From the NCBI RefSeq assembly GCF_004010195.1, contig NC_057758.1, positions 9,868,031 through 9,932,030 on the forward strand: 64,000 bases of DNA, in the 5' to 3' direction. Both the position numbers and the translations under genes were made by a program. Under the pieces are notes generated by a model. The model ran no database searches. It saw only the letters and a list, made by a program, of their open reading frames with translations, and was not told the origin of the DNA. The stretch is from Chiloscyllium plagiosum (taxonomy: Eukaryota). Shown here piece after piece: positions 1-13,699 of this stretch (the first letter of the stretch is position 1; every line of letters starts with the position of its first letter).

Positions 1-481
1 CGGCCCCACCCCGTGACAGATCCCCCACTTCCCCACAACACCCCTCCCCACTGACCTCCGGGACAGACCCCCTCATCCCCAAACACCACACCTCCATTGC
101 CCCCAGGACAGACTAAGGGTACAACTTAATACCAGGGGTTGGAATATGAGTTTGTCTACTAGGGTTTGCAATGTCTCTCAGCACATGTGCCATGTTTATC
201 AAATACCTTTTTATGTTATAATCATAGCATCATTAACAAGGGCGGGAGTAGGCCATTCAGCCCCTTGAGCCTGCTCTGCAATCAACAATGATCTTTACCC
301 CAAAAAATCTTAAATCCCTTGGCAGTTAAATTTTTCTAGCTCAGCCTGAATAAATCACATGACCCAGCCACCACTGCTGTCGAAGCAAGTATTATTACAA
401 TGAAACTTCCCCAAACACTTTTCAAAAGACTATTTAAAACAATGTCTGGGAACCCAGGCACAAAACAAAATATAGGGTTTG

Positions 482-770
482 ATTGAGGTGACAGAGATAG
501 GGAGGGGGTGTAGGGGCTGGAGGAGCATACAGAAATCGGGAGGGGGTGTAGGGCTGGAGGAGATGACAGAGATAGGGAGGGCTGTAGGATCTGGAGGAGG
601 GTAGAGATATAGGGAAAGGGTGGAGGGGCTGGATGGGGTGACAGAGATAGGGAGGGGCATAGGTGCTGGAGGAGGTGACTGATATAATAGGGGTGGGGTG
701 TAGATGCTGGAGGAGATGACTGAGATTGGACGGTGGGTTGCAGGGGGCCGGAGGTATCACTGATGTTGGG
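482..770. repeat. G-rich minisatellite (~38-bp unit ggtgacagagatagggagggggtgtaggggctggagga)
   Basis: Several diverged tandem units. Confidence 0.7.
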
Positions 771-1589
771 CATGTTGTTGAGGCTAAGAACATGGATGAG
801 AAATTTAAAATCAACACATTGCTTGACTGGTAGATAATGTGGTGAACAAGTACTGAAGTGATTGATGAACTGAATATGTTGTGAGATAATACATAAACTG
901 TACAGTTGTAGCTGACCTCAAATGTATGTAAGATTGTATTCCAGAGATCATCCAGGGTGTGTGTTAGAATAGATGATTGTTGAAGGAATGAAATGTGGTG
1001 AGACATTGCTGTGTCCGGGTGATGTTCTGAAGGTGGGAAAAGAAAATCTTAGTGACACCCAAATATAACATCATCTCAGGGTCAAGGGTAACATTGAGGT
1101 GGGAAACAAATTGGCTTCACCTCAGACTGTTGCCAGGAAGAGGAATGAAACCAGTAGTAGGAAATGGGGTATGGAATAGGGACCAAAAATAGTGTTTGCA
1201 GAATTCCCAACATTAACTGGAAGGAATTTCTGCTCATCCAGTTCTAGAAATCAGATAACCAATCTGCTAATTTAATAACAGTGGAAGAGTCAAGAGAGAG
1301 GTGGTCGTGAGGTCAAGATGGGAATCATGGGAAAAAAAACACCATGACTTCAGATAATATCATGGAGAGACAGCACGTTGGTGAGAAATAGGAGCCAAGA
1401 TCAGATGCTTGAAGGGATACCGAGGATAGTAAAAGGGAGCAGGAGGAGATGCCATGGCTGTGATTCTCTGGCTGCTATTAGATAACAAGGGAACTGACCA
1501 AGAGCTGTCCCATCCAGGTGGACAACAAGTGGACAGAGGTTGCAGGATGATGACATGATTGTCTGTGTCACAGGCTGCAGACATAACAA

Positions 1590-2148
1590 GTACCAGGAAT
1601 TGTAATATCTCAGCCCTGCATACCTGGGACTACAATATCACTGTGTACCAGGGACTGTAATATCTCAGCCCTAATTACTGGGAATTACAATATCATTCTG
1701 TACCAGTGATTGAAATATCTCAGGGCTGATTAACTGGGATTACAATATCACTGTGTACCAGGGACTGTAATATCTCAGCCCCGATTACTTGGGATTACAA
1801 AACCATTCTGTACCAGCGATTGTAATATCTCAGGCCTGATTACCTGGGATTAGAATTTCACTCTGTACCAGGGATTGTAATATCCCAGCTCTGCTTACAC
1901 AGGATTACAATATCACTGTATACCAGGGATTGTAATATCTCAGCCCTGTGTACCTGAGATTACTATATCACTGTGTACCACTCTGTACTAGGGATTGTAA
2001 TATTCAGCCATGCTGGGATTACAATATCACTCTGTATCAGTGATTGCAATATCACATCCCTGTATGCCTGGGATTACAATATCGCTCTGAACCAGAGGAT
2101 TTAATACCTCAGCTCTGTTTTCCTGGGATTACAATATCACTCTGTACT
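1590..2148. repeat. ~60-bp tandem repeat with alternating ATTGTAAT/ATTACAAT; related remnants at ~3685-3730 and ~5100-5580
   Basis: Repeated gtaccagggattgtaatatctcag...ctgggattacaatatcactct. Confidence 0.8.
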
Positions 2149-2149
2149 C

Positions 2150-3680
2150 CTAGGAACTTGAAGCTCTTGACCATCTCCACCTCAGCACCATTGATACAGA
2201 CAGGGGCATATCCTCCACTCCACTTCCTGAAGTCAATGTCCAACTCCTTCATTTTGCTGATATTAAGGGAAAGGCCTTACACCATACCACTAAGCTCTTT
2301 ACCTCTTTCCTGTACTCTGTCTCATCGCTGTTTGTGATCTGAACCATTATGGTGGTGTCATCAGCAAATTTGTAAATGGAGTTAGAGCAGAATTTGGCCA
2401 CACAGTTGTGTAGTGTATATGAAGTGTAGTAGGGCTGAGTACTAGCCTCATGGGGCACTGATGTTGAGGATCGTGGAGAAGGTATTGTCACCTGTCCTTA
2501 CTGATTGCGGTCTGTGGGTTGTGTGTCGTAGAGGGAGGAGCAGAGTTCTAGGTCTCGGAGCTTGGAGATGAATTTGGTTGGAATTATGATGTTGAAGGTA
2601 GAGCCAAAGTCAATAAATACGAATCTGATGTAGGTGTCCTTGTTATCCAGGTGTTCCAGGGGTGTAGGGCTAGGGAGATGGCATCTGCCATGGACCTGTT
2701 GCAATGATAGTTGAAGGATAGTAGATAAAGATAATCTGGGAGGCTGGAGCTGGTATGTGCCGTTGCTAACCTCTTGAAGCCGCTGACGGTAGTCATTAAG
2801 GCATGCTGCCTGATTTTGCTTTGGCATCAGAATGATAGTGGTCTTCTTTGGTCAAAGCAAGGAGAGGTTAAAGATGTCAGCGAATATGCCCACCAGCTGA
2901 TCTGTGCAGGATCTGTGCGCATGGTTGGGGACTTCATCTGGGCCAGTCTCTTTCTGTGAGTTAACTCTCAAGAACGCCGACCTGATGTCTGTGGCAGTGA
3001 CAGTGGGTACAGGGGCATCTGAAGCTGTCAGAGCAGGTGACAATGTTTCCCTTCTGCTAAACTGAAATAATTTCATCCACTGTATGCCTGTGGACAGGGG
3101 AGGCTGAATAGGCTGGGGCTGTTTTCCCTGGAGTTCGGTGTCCCAAAGGGTCTGTTTCCATGCTGAACATCTGTATGACTCAGTAACTCTAGGACTCATG
3201 GACCTTCTGCTCAAGAAGGGCGTAGAGTGCAATGAGCTCATCGAGGAGGAGATGTATTGTTGCCATGATTCTAATTGACTTGGCTTTGTAGCCAGTGAAA
3301 TGTGTAAGCCTTGCCACAATGGAAGTGTGTTTGTGTCCTTGATCTGGGACTCAAGTCTGTTTTTTTTTCCTCTTGGCATCCCTGATGGCTTTGTGAAGGT
3401 TGTATCTGCATCCTGTGTAGGTCAGGGTCACCTGACTTGAATGGTTTTGGGGTATAGTGGTGCTGGAAAAGCACAGCAGTTCAGGCAGCATCCGAGGAGC
3501 AGGTCTGAATGGTTCAGACCTGGACTTCAATAGTGAGTGGATCTCCGGGTTCATCTAGGTTCCTAGTTGGGGAACACTTGGATTAACTTCTTTGACATGC
3601 AGTCCTCTACGGACTTACTGATGAAGTGGCGCACTCATTTAGGCTGGCTGCTGAGTTCTTGAATATGGAACAGTCCACCA
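2150..3680 (-). mobile_element. Degenerate Rex1/Babar-type non-LTR retrotransposon (RT region) with small nested insertions
   Basis: Minus-strand fragments ADAISLALH, LEHLDNKDTYIRFVFIDFGSTFN, NSIYKFADDTT, DETEYRKEV; frameshifts and stops. Confidence 0.8.
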
Positions 3681-3737
3681 ATTCCATACCTGGATTTACA
3701 ATATTACTATAAACCAGGGGATATAATATGTCAGAAG

Positions 3738-5100
3738 GGAGAAAGTGAGGACTGCAGATGCTGGAGATCAGAGTCAAGAGTGTGGTGCTGGAAAAGCACA
3801 GCAGGTCAGGCAGCATCTGAGCAGCAGGAAAATCAACATTTTGGGCATAAGTCCTTCATCAGGAATGAGGCTTGTGGGTCAGGGCTGAGAGATAAATGGG
3901 AGGGGGTGGGGTTTGGTGGAAGGAACCTCAGAAAATGATAGGTGGATGAAGGTAAGGGAGAAGGTAATAGGTCAGAGGGGGGAGTGATGGACAGGTCCGG
4001 AGGGTGTTGCTGAGTTGAAGGCTTAGGACGGTGATAATGGGGGGGAGGGGAAATGAGGAAGCTGTTGAAATCCACATTTATCCCAAGTGTCCCAAGGCGG
4101 ATTATGAGGCATTCCTTCTCCAGGCATTGGGTGGTAATGGTTTGGCAGTGGAGCATGTCCTTGATGGAGTGGGAGGGGGAGTGGGGTTGGTGGGTGCGAG
4201 TGTCCCAGAGATGTTTTCTGGAACGATCTGCAAGAAGGCATCCTCTCTCCCCTATGTAGATGAGACCACACCAGGTGCAATGGATACAGTAAATGACATT
4301 GGTAGAGGTACAGGGAAATTTCTGACGGATGTGGAAGGATCCCTTGGGGCCTTGGACAGAGGTGAGTGGAGTGGTGTGGGCGCAGGTTTTGCACTTCTTG
4401 CGGTGACGGGAAAGGTGCCAGGAGTGGGATGTGGGCTGATGGGGGCGTGGACCTGATGAGGGAATCGCAGAGGGAATGGTCTTTTCGGAACGCTGATAGG
4501 GGTGGGGAGGGAAATATGTCTCTGGTGGCAGAGTCCATTTGGAGGTGGCAGAAATGGTGGAGGATAATGCGTTGTATGCGGAGGTTGGTGGGGTAGAAGA
4601 TGAGGACCGGGGGGGTGTTCTGTCCTTGTTGTGTCAGGAGGGGTGGGGTTCGAGGGTGGCGGTGCATGAAGTGGAGGAGATACGCTGGAGGGCATCGTCA
4701 ACCACGAGGGAAGGGAAGTTGTGATCGTGGGGAAGAAGGAGGCAATCTGGTACTTTCTGAGGTGTAATTGGTCATCCTGATAACAGGTGCAGCAGAGGCA
4801 AAGAAATTGGGATTAAGGGATGGCGTTTTTACAGGAGGTAGGGTGTGAGGAGGTGTAGTCTAGGTAGGTGTGGGTGTCGGTGGGCTTGTAGTAGATGTCT
4901 ATGGTTACTCAGTCGTCAGAGACAGTGATGGAGAGATCCAGGAAGGGGAGGGAGGTTTCTGAGATGGTCCAGGTAAATTTGAGTTTGGGGTGGAAGATGT
5001 TGGTAACGTTGATGAACTGTTCAACCTCCTTGTGGGAGCATGAGGGAGTGCTGATACAGTCATCGATGTAGTAGAGGGACAGGTATGGGAGGGTCCCGGT
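3738..5100 (-). mobile_element. Penelope-like retroelement fragment (RT C-terminus, GIY-YIG region, terminal repeat)
   Basis: YIDDC...LKFTWTISETSLPFLDLSI; terminal segment shared with the other PLE ends in the window. Confidence 0.8.
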
Positions 5101-5813
5101 ATAATGCAATATAATATGTCAGATCTGCATACCTAGAATTATATCTCAGCAGGTATCATTCTGTATCAGGGATTATATCTCAGCAGGTCTGGCAGCATCT
5201 GTGGAGAGAAAGTAGAGCTAATATTTTGGATCCAATGTGGACCTGACCTACTGAATTTCTCCAGCAATTTCTATTTTTGTTTCAGATGTCTTTGTTTTCC
5301 TTTGTAATATTTCAGTGTCTGCATACCTGGGGTTGTAATATGACAATGTGCCGAAGGGTTGTAATATCTCAGCTGTGTGTACCAGTGTTGCAATATTTCG
5401 GCTCAGTCCCAGTCCTGGGATTGTAATATCGTCATGTACCAGAGTTGTAGTATCTCGGTTCAGCATACATGGAATTGTAAGGTAGGCCTGCATTTCGTGG
5501 GATGGTAATATTTTGGCTGCATGCAGCAGAAGTCATGATATCTTAGCCCTGTATGTTTTGGGTTTGTAATATCTCAATTATCCACAACTGCTGACTTATC
5601 TTCAGGTGAGCTGATTCAAATCAGGGAAGTGTGAAGCTAGACCTCTTTACAGCCGATCAGAAAATAAACTCTTAAAAGGGCGTGAAAGGGTTAATGCAGC
5701 AAAGTGCCTGAAACACCACTGACTACCTTGACATCATGTGGGCTGACTGGGAGACTAGCTGAGGATCTGAGAGGTAACCCCAGTACCTGAGTCTTTCTAC
5801 AATCTGGGTAACA

Positions 5814-6039
5814 ATGTCTATTATGTTAATGTCTATCATTCAAAGAACTTCAGCTTGCTCAAGACAAAAGCCTCTTCCCATTAGTCTATCAGGAGATTTT
5901 CCTCCACCACACGAGAAAGGCAGGCCCTGTAGATCCCAACTGGAAAAGAGAATAGTGGTAGCAAACCTGCTGGATAGTTCATACAACGCAATGAGCAGGA
6001 ATGAGGATTCACCTTCACCTATTCTACCGCCAGCAAAAA
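5814..6039 (+). CDS. Possible upstream coding exon of the LBH-family gene
   Basis: ATG-initiated ORF in non-repeat DNA ending at AAAA|gtgagt in phase 1, which joins the 16643 acceptor in frame. Confidence 0.35.
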
Positions 6040-6569
6040 GTGAGTGGTATTGCTGACCTTAGTCTCTCTTTGCCTCATAGCTCAGGGACATTTGAAGTCA
6101 AACATTCTTTTCACTTTCAATTTAACTTTCCCACATAACATGCTGCAAGTGATGCTCTGGACTTTACAAGTTCCTACAAGACTGATATTTTGGAAAAGGA
6201 CTTGCCTTTTATATAGGATCTTTTACACCCTAGAGACTTTCCCAAAGTTCTTCCCATTTTTATATGTGATTACTATTGTAATGACAAAAACCACAAGTAA
6301 TGACTGCACAGCAAGCTCACAAAACAGCACAATGATTCTGAGAATCTTCTAACAAGGAAGCCATCTGCAGCATTTTTTGTCTCTTTCACCACAGTATGTC
6401 AGTGCTGTGCATTTGAAAAACCTCTCTGAATAGTTACCCCACCTGCTTTTTCTAGTGGCCATACAATTAACTTGGTTTCTATCAATGCAGTTTGTGAGAC
6501 AAGTTCCAGGATAAAATTAATTCTCTGATGATGCAGCATTCCCTCAGCACTTAAACTACAAAAATTCAC

Positions 6570-6892
6570 CAGTCTGACAGTGCCCACTCCCTCAGTACCT
6601 ACCCTCCAATAGTGCCCACTCCCTCATCACTGACCCTACACAGTGTGGTGGTCCCTCAGCGCTGACCCTCCAACAGTGCCCACAGCCTCAGCACTGACCC
6701 TCCGACACTGCAGCACTCCCTCATCACTGACCCTCCGACAGTGCAGCACTCCCTTAGCACTGACCCTCCGATAGTGCAGCACTCCCTTAGCACTGATCCT
6801 CCGACAGTGCGGCACTCCCTTAGCACTGACCCTCCGACAGTGCGACACTCCCTCAGCATTGACCCTCCGACAGTGCAGCACTCCCTCAGCAC
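6570..6892. repeat. 33-bp minisatellite (ctcagcactgaccctccgacagtgcagcactcc)
   Basis: Tandem units; same family at 37030-38398, 41270-41760 and 42705-43295 in the opposite orientation. Confidence 0.9.
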
Positions 6893-8866
6893 TTATGTAA
6901 GAAAATTTCTGTATAAGAGTACATACGTGCGTGTGAACATGTGTGAGAGAGATTCGGAGTGTGCAAGAGTGCGTGTGTGTGCACGCATATGTAAGAAAAT
7001 TTCTGTATAAGAGTACATACGTGCGTGTGAACATGTGTGAGAGAGATTCGGAGTGTGCAAGAGTGCGTGTGTGTGCACGCATATGTAAGAAAATTTCTGT
7101 ATAAGAGTACATACGTGCGTGTGAACATGTGTGAGAGAGATTCGGAGTGTGCAAGAGTGCGTGTGTGTGCACGCATATGTAAGAAAATTTCTGTATAAGA
7201 GTACATACGTGCGTGTGAACATGTGTGAGAGAGATTCGGAGTGTGCAAGAGTGCGTGTGTGTGCACGCATATGTAAGAAAATTTCTGTATAAGAGTACAT
7301 ACGTGCGTGTGAACATGTGTGAGAGAGATTCGGAGTGTGCAAGAGTGCGTGTGTGTGCACGCATATGTAAGAAAATTTCTGTATAAGAGTACATACGTGC
7401 GTGTGAACATGTGTGAGAGAGATTCGGAGTGTGCAAGAGTGCGTGTGTGTGCACGCATATGTAAGAAAATTTCTGTATAAGAGTACATACGTGCGTGTGA
7501 ACATGTGTGAGAGAGATTCGGAGTGTGCAAGAGTGCGTGTGTGTGCACGCATATGTAAGAAAATTTCTGTATAAGAGTACATACGTGCGTGTGAACATGT
7601 GTGAGAGAGATTCGGAGTGTGCAAGAGTGCGTGTGTGTGCACGCATATGTAAGAAAATTTCTGTATAAGAGTACATACGTGCGTGTGAACATGTGTGAGA
7701 GAGATTCGGAGTGTGCAAGAGTGCGTGTGTGTGCACGCATATGTAAGAAAATTTCTGTATAAGAGTACATACGTGCGTGTGAACATGTGTGAGAGAGATT
7801 CGGAGTGTGCAAGAGTGCGTGTGTGTGCACGCATATGTAAGAAAATTTCTGTATAAGAGTACATACGTGCGTGTGAACATGTGTGAGAGAGATTCGGAGT
7901 GTGCAAGAGTGCGTGTGTGTGCACGCATATGTAAGAAAATTTCTGTATAAGAGTACATACGTGCGTGTGAACATGTGTGAGAGAGATTCGGAGTGTGCAA
8001 GAGTGCGTGTGTGTGCACGCATATGTAAGAAAATTTCTGTATAAGAGTACATACGTGCGTGTGAACATGTGTGAGAGAGATTCGGAGTGTGCAAGAGTGC
8101 GTGTGTGTGCACGCATATGTAAGAAAATTTCTGTATAAGAGTACATACGTGCGTGTGAACATGTGTGAGAGAGATTCGGAGTGTGCAAGAGTGCGTGTGT
8201 GTGCACGCATATGTAAGAAAATTTCTGTATAAGAGTACATACGTGCGTGTGAACATGTGTGAGAGAGATTCGGAGTGTGCAAGAGTGCGTGTGTGTGCAC
8301 GCATATGTAAGAAAATTTCTGTATAAGAGTACATACGTGCGTGTGAACATGTGTGAGAGAGATTCGGAGTGTGCAAGAGTGCGTGTGTGTGCACGCATAT
8401 GTAAGAAAATTTCTGTATAAGAGTACATACGTGCGTGTGAACATGTGTGAGAGAGATTCGGAGTGTGCAAGAGTGCGTGTGTGTGCACGCATATGTAAGA
8501 AAATTTCTGTATAAGAGTACATACGTGCGTGTGAACATGTGTGAGAGAGATTCGGAGTGTGCAAGAGTGCGTGTGTGTGCACGCATATGTAAGAAAATTT
8601 CTGTATAAGAGTACATACGTGCGTGTGAACATGTGTGAGAGAGATTCGGAGTGTGCAAGAGTGCGTGTGTGTGCACGCATATGTAAGAAAATTTCTGTAT
8701 AAGAGTACATACGTGCGTGTGAACATGTGTGAGAGAGATTCGGAGTGTGCAAGAGTGCGTGTGTGTGCACGCATATGTAAGAAAATTTCTGTATAAGAGT
8801 ACATACGTGCGTGTGAACATGTGTGAGAGAGATTCGGAGTGTGCAAGAGTGCGTGTGTGTGTGTGC
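6893..8866. repeat. Perfect tandem array, 94-bp unit x ~21, followed by degenerate (GT)n-rich DNA to ~9135
   Basis: Unit atatgtaagaaaatttctgtataagagtacatacgtgcgtgtgaacatgtgtgagagagattcggagtgtgcaagagtgcgtgtgtgtgcacgc starts at 6987, 7081, 7175 ... 8773. Confidence 0.95.
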
Positions 8867-9924
8867 ATGTGTGCGAGAAATTCTGTGTTTGCAAGAGTGT
8901 ATGTGTGTGTGAATGCGCATGTATGAGAGTCTGTGTATGTGTGTCTGCATTTATGTGTGTGTGTCTGTATGTCAGAGTGTGTTCATTTGTGTGTGAGTGA
9001 GCGTGTGCGCATGTGTGAATGAAACTGTGTGTTTGTGTGTGAGTCTGTACGTGTGTGAGAGTGTGTGTGTGTGTGTGAGTGAGTGAAACTTTATGTTTGT
9101 GCGTGTCTGTCTGTGTGTGAGCGAGAGTGTGTGCTTGTAGGGAAGAGTTCAAACTACATTTGAAAAGGTGTCAGACTCTCCTCCACTCTACTGTGAACTC
9201 CCCAACTACGCAACACACTTCAGACCTGAAGTGGAATTTTCTCAGCTGCTCAAGTGAAGGTCAATGGAACTAACTCTACTTCTGAAACCAGCAGTATGTC
9301 ACCACCAGTTCAAGCTTGCATCAGTGTGTAGCTGGACTCCTCGCAAAAGTAGTGACTCTGTTACATTCTGAACAATGTGCAGCAGCTGAGAGGGAGCCCA
9401 AACCTCACAGTCTTCACATGGAGTGACACCTGCTGAGCTCTAGATTACCATCAAGTATGTTTGTCTGATGTGGTGGCTTAGAAACATCCTTGTCACTGCT
9501 TTAATAACATGCAATGCGCACATTCGTTTCTATAACAAGTTTGGTGGTTGGTGGGGGGAGGGGTGTGTGTGTGTGTGTGTGAGATTGTAACTGTGGGAGT
9601 GTTGGGGGGGGAGGTGTACCCCACATGGTCGGAGGGGTGGGTAAGAGACTGTAACCTGAGGGGGTGAGGAGAGGTTATGTAACAAAAAAATACTTTCACT
9701 ACCTCAGAATATTGGCAAGTTCCTTCAGAGTTCTTCTCAAAATGTAAGTTGCAAACAGAGCCAATAGTTTGCACACAGCATAGCTAAGTCAAGGGTGTTG
9801 GCTTCTCCTTATCTCGAAAGCTTCATGTTTAGAAATCATGTAGAATCATCAATACTGTCTGAAAGATTGAGAGAAAATTACTGAATAATAAATTTAATTT
9901 TGTTTTATTTCTAAAATATCTCCT

Positions 9925-12900
9925 CCTGCCTGACATACTCATTCTCACAGAATTATACCTTACAGATAGCATCCCAGACACCACCATTACCATCTCTGGA
10001 TATGTCCTGTCCCACCAGCAGCACAGACCCAGCAGAGGGGCCAGCACAGTGGGATACAGTCAGGAGGGAGTTGTCCTGGGAGCCCTTGATAACAACTCTG
10101 TACCTCATGAAGTCTCATGGCTTCACGTTAAACATGGGCAAGGGAAACCTCTTACTGGTTACCACATACCATCCTCCTTATGCTGATGAATCCACCATGT
10201 TGAACAACATTTGGAGGTACTGAGGGTGACAAGGGCACAACATGTCCTCTGGGTGGGGGATTTCAATGTCCCCCACCAAGAGTGGCTCGGCAGCAGCATT
10301 ACTGATGGAGGTGGTTGGGTCCTAAAGGACATAGCTGCTAGACAGGGTCTGCAGCAGGTAGTGAAGGAACCAACAAGAGGGAAAAACATACTTGACCTCA
10401 TCCTTACTAATCTGCCAGCTGCAGATATATCTGTCCATGACGGTCGGTAAGAGTAACCACCACACCTTGTGCAGACGAAGTCCCATCTTCACATTGAGAA
10501 TAACCTCCATCGTGTTGTGTGACACTGTCACTGTGCTAAATGGGACTGACTTTGAACCGATCTAGCAGCTCAAGACTAGGCATCCATGAGGTGCTGTGGG
10601 CCATCAACAGCAGCAGAACTGTACTCCAGCATCATCTGTAACCTCATGGTCTGGCATATCGCGCCCCTCCCCCCCCAACCATAACCATCAGGCCAGGGGA
10701 TCAACCCTGGTTCAATAGAAAGTGCAGGAGGGCATGTCAGGAGCAGCATCAGGCATACCTGAAAATGAGGTGTCAACCTGCTGAAGCTACCAACCAGGAC
10801 TACTTGCATGCCAAACGGCATAAACAGTAAGTGATAGACAGAGCTCTTCGATCCCTCAACCAACGCATCAGATTTAAGCTCTGCAGTCCTTCCACATCCA
10901 GTCGGGAACGTGATGGACAATTAAACAACTCACTGGAGGAAGAAGCTCCACAAATATCCCAATTCTCAGTGATGGAGGAGCCCAGCACATCAGTGCAAAA
11001 GATAAGGCTGATGCAATAGCAATAATCTTCAGTCAGAAGTGCCAATGGATGATCCATCTCGGGCTCCTTCAGTGGTCCCCAGCATCACAGATACCAGTCT
11101 CCAGCCAATTCGATTCACTCCACGTGATATCAAGAACTGACTGGAGGCACTGCATACTGTAAAGGCAACGGACCCTGATAACATTCCGACAATAGCTCTA
11201 AAGACGTGTGCTCCAGAAGTTGCCGCTCCCCTAGCCAAGCTCTTCCAATCCAGTTACAACACTGGCATCTACCCGACAATGTGGAAAATTGCTCAGGTAT
11301 GTCCTGTACACAAAAAGCAGGACAAATCCAACCCGGCCAATTACCGTCCACTCAGTCTCCTCTCCATCATCAGTAAAGTGATGGAAGGACTCAGTAACAG
11401 TGCTCTCAAGTAGCACCTGCTCAGTGACACCCAGTTTGGGATCCCCCAGGGTCACTCAACTCCTGATCTCATTACAGCCTTGGTTCAAACAAGGACAAAA
11501 GACCTGAATTCCAGAGGTGAGAGTGACAGCCCTTGACATCAAGGCCACATTTGACCGAGTATGACATCAAGGAGCCCTGGCAAAAGTGAAATCAATGGGT
11601 ATCAGGAGCAAACATTCACTGGTTAGAGTCATACCTGACACAAAGGAAGATGGTTGTAGTTGTGGAGGGTCAGTCATCTCAGCTCCAAGACATCTCTGCA
11701 GGAGTCCCTCAGGATAGTGTCCTAGGCCCACCAATCTTCAGCTGCTTCATCAATGACCTTCCCTCTGTCAGAAGGTCCGAAGTAGGGGATGTTCCCCGAG
11801 GATTGTACAGTGTTCAGCACCATTCATGACTCCTCAGATACTGAAGCAGTCCATGCTCAAGTGCAACAAGACCTAAACAATATTCAGGCTTGGGCTGACA
11901 ACTGGCAAGTAACATTCGCACCACACAAATGCCAGGCAATGACCATCACCAATAAGAGACACTCTAATCACTGCCCCTTGACATTCAATGGTATTACCAT
12001 CACTGAATCCCCCACTGTCAACATCCTTGAGGTTACCATTGACCAGAAACTCAACTGGACTCACTACATGAACACAGTGGCTGCAAGAGCAGGTCAGAGA
12101 CTAGGGATACTGCAGCGAGTAATTCACCTCCTGACACCCCAAAGTCTATCCACCATCTACAGGCACAAGTCAGGAGTGTGATGGAATCCTCCCCACTTGC
12201 CCTGGATGGGTGCAGCTCCAACAACACTCAAGAAGCTTGACACCATCCAGGACAAAGCAATCCGCTTGATTGGCACCACATCTACAAACATTCAATCTCT
12301 CCACCACCGACGCTCAGTCACAGCAATTTGTACTATCTACAAAATGCACTGCAGTCATCCACCAAAGATCCTCAGACAACACCTTCCAAACCCATGACCA
12401 CTTCCATCTAGAAGGACAAGGGCAGCAGGTACTTGGGAACACCACCCTCTGCAAGTTCTATTCCAAACCTTCGGATTTGTGAAGGGTAGGTCTTGCCTTA
12501 CAAGTCTGATTGAATTCTTTGAGAAGGTGACCAAGCATGTGGATGAGGGTAGAGCAGTGGATGTAGTATACATGGATTTTAGTAAGGCATTTGATAAGGT
12601 TCCCCATGGTAGGCTTATGCGGAAAGTCAGNNNNNNNNNNNNNNNNNNNNNNNNNNNNNNNNNNNNNNNNNNNNNNNNNNNNNNNNNNNNNNNNNNNNNN
12701 NNNNNNNNNNNNNNNNNNNNNNNNNNNNNNNNNNNNNNNNNNNNNNNNNNNNNNNNNNNNNNNNNNNNNNNNNNNNNNNNNNNNNNNNNNNNNNNNNNNN
12801 NNNNNNNNNNNNNNNNNNNNNNNNNNNNNNNNNNNNNNNNNNNNNNNNNNNNNNNNNNNNNNNNNNNNNNNNNNNNNNNNNNNNNNNNNNNNNNNNNNNN

Positions 12901-13665
12901 NNNNNNNNNNNNNNNNNNNNNNNNNNNNNNNNNNNNNNNNNNNNNNNNNNNNNNNNNNNNNNNNNNNNNNNNNNNNNNNNNNNNNNNNNNNNNNNNNNNN
13001 NNNNNNNNNNNNNNNNNNNNNNNNNNNNNNNNNNNNNNNNNNNNNNNNNNNNNNNNNNNNNNNNNNNNNNNNNNNNNNNNNNNNNNNNNNNNNNNNNNNN
13101 NNNNNNNNNNNNNNNNNNNNNNNNNNNNGAGGGGTGACTTGATAGAGGTGTATAAGATGATCAGAGGACTAGATAGAGTAGACAGTCAGAAACTTTTTCC
13201 CCGGGTGCAACAGAGTGTTACAAGGGGCATAAATTTAAGGTGAAGGGTGGAAAGTATGGGTTCTTTACCCAGAGAGTGGTGGGGGCATGGAATGCGCTGC
13301 CTGTGGGAGTGGTAGAGTCAGAATCTTTGGTGACCTTTAAGCGGCAATTGGATAAGTACATGGATAGGTGCTTAAGCTAGGACAAATGTTCGGCACAACA
13401 TCGTGGGCCGAAGGGCCTGTTCTGTGCTGTATTGTTCTATGTTCTATGTTCTAAACCTGACTTGGAAATATACCGCGGTTCCTTCACAGTCGTTGGATCA
13501 AAATCCTGGAAATCCCTCCCTACCAGCATTGTTGGTCAACCCAAGTAAGTGGACTGCAGCGACTCAAGAAGGCAGCTCACCACCACCTTCTCAAAGGCAA
13601 ATAGGGATGGGCTATCAATGCTGTCCAGCCAGCGACGCCAAAGTCCCCCAAATGAATAAAATGAA
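9925..13665 (+). mobile_element. CR1/L2-group LINE copy A (APE + RT, disrupted), interrupted by a younger CR1 at 12471-13452
   Basis: [23 protein letters not shown], degenerate FADD (MFPEDCT); 3' tail resumes at ~13453. Confidence 0.85.
12471..13452 (+). mobile_element. CR1/HER1-like LINE 3' part spanning the N-gap
   Basis: GRSCLTSLIEFFE...[23 protein letters not shown]; (TTCTATG)n tail. Confidence 0.85.
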
Positions 13666-13699
13666 GCCACACAAAACCTTCCTTTTGTTAAAAAGAAAT

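Noticed and set aside
6893..8866. CRISPR-like regular array
   Set aside because: Units are identical with no unique spacers; eukaryotic context; no cas genes.
6636..9152. 660-838 aa His/Thr-rich ORFs in all three minus frames
   Set aside because: Artefact of a stop-free 94-bp repeat cycling through frames; no splice or homology support.
12479..13243. Long ORFs containing X runs (also 18417-19216, 27888-28625, 30391-31071)
   Set aside because: They run through assembly gaps.
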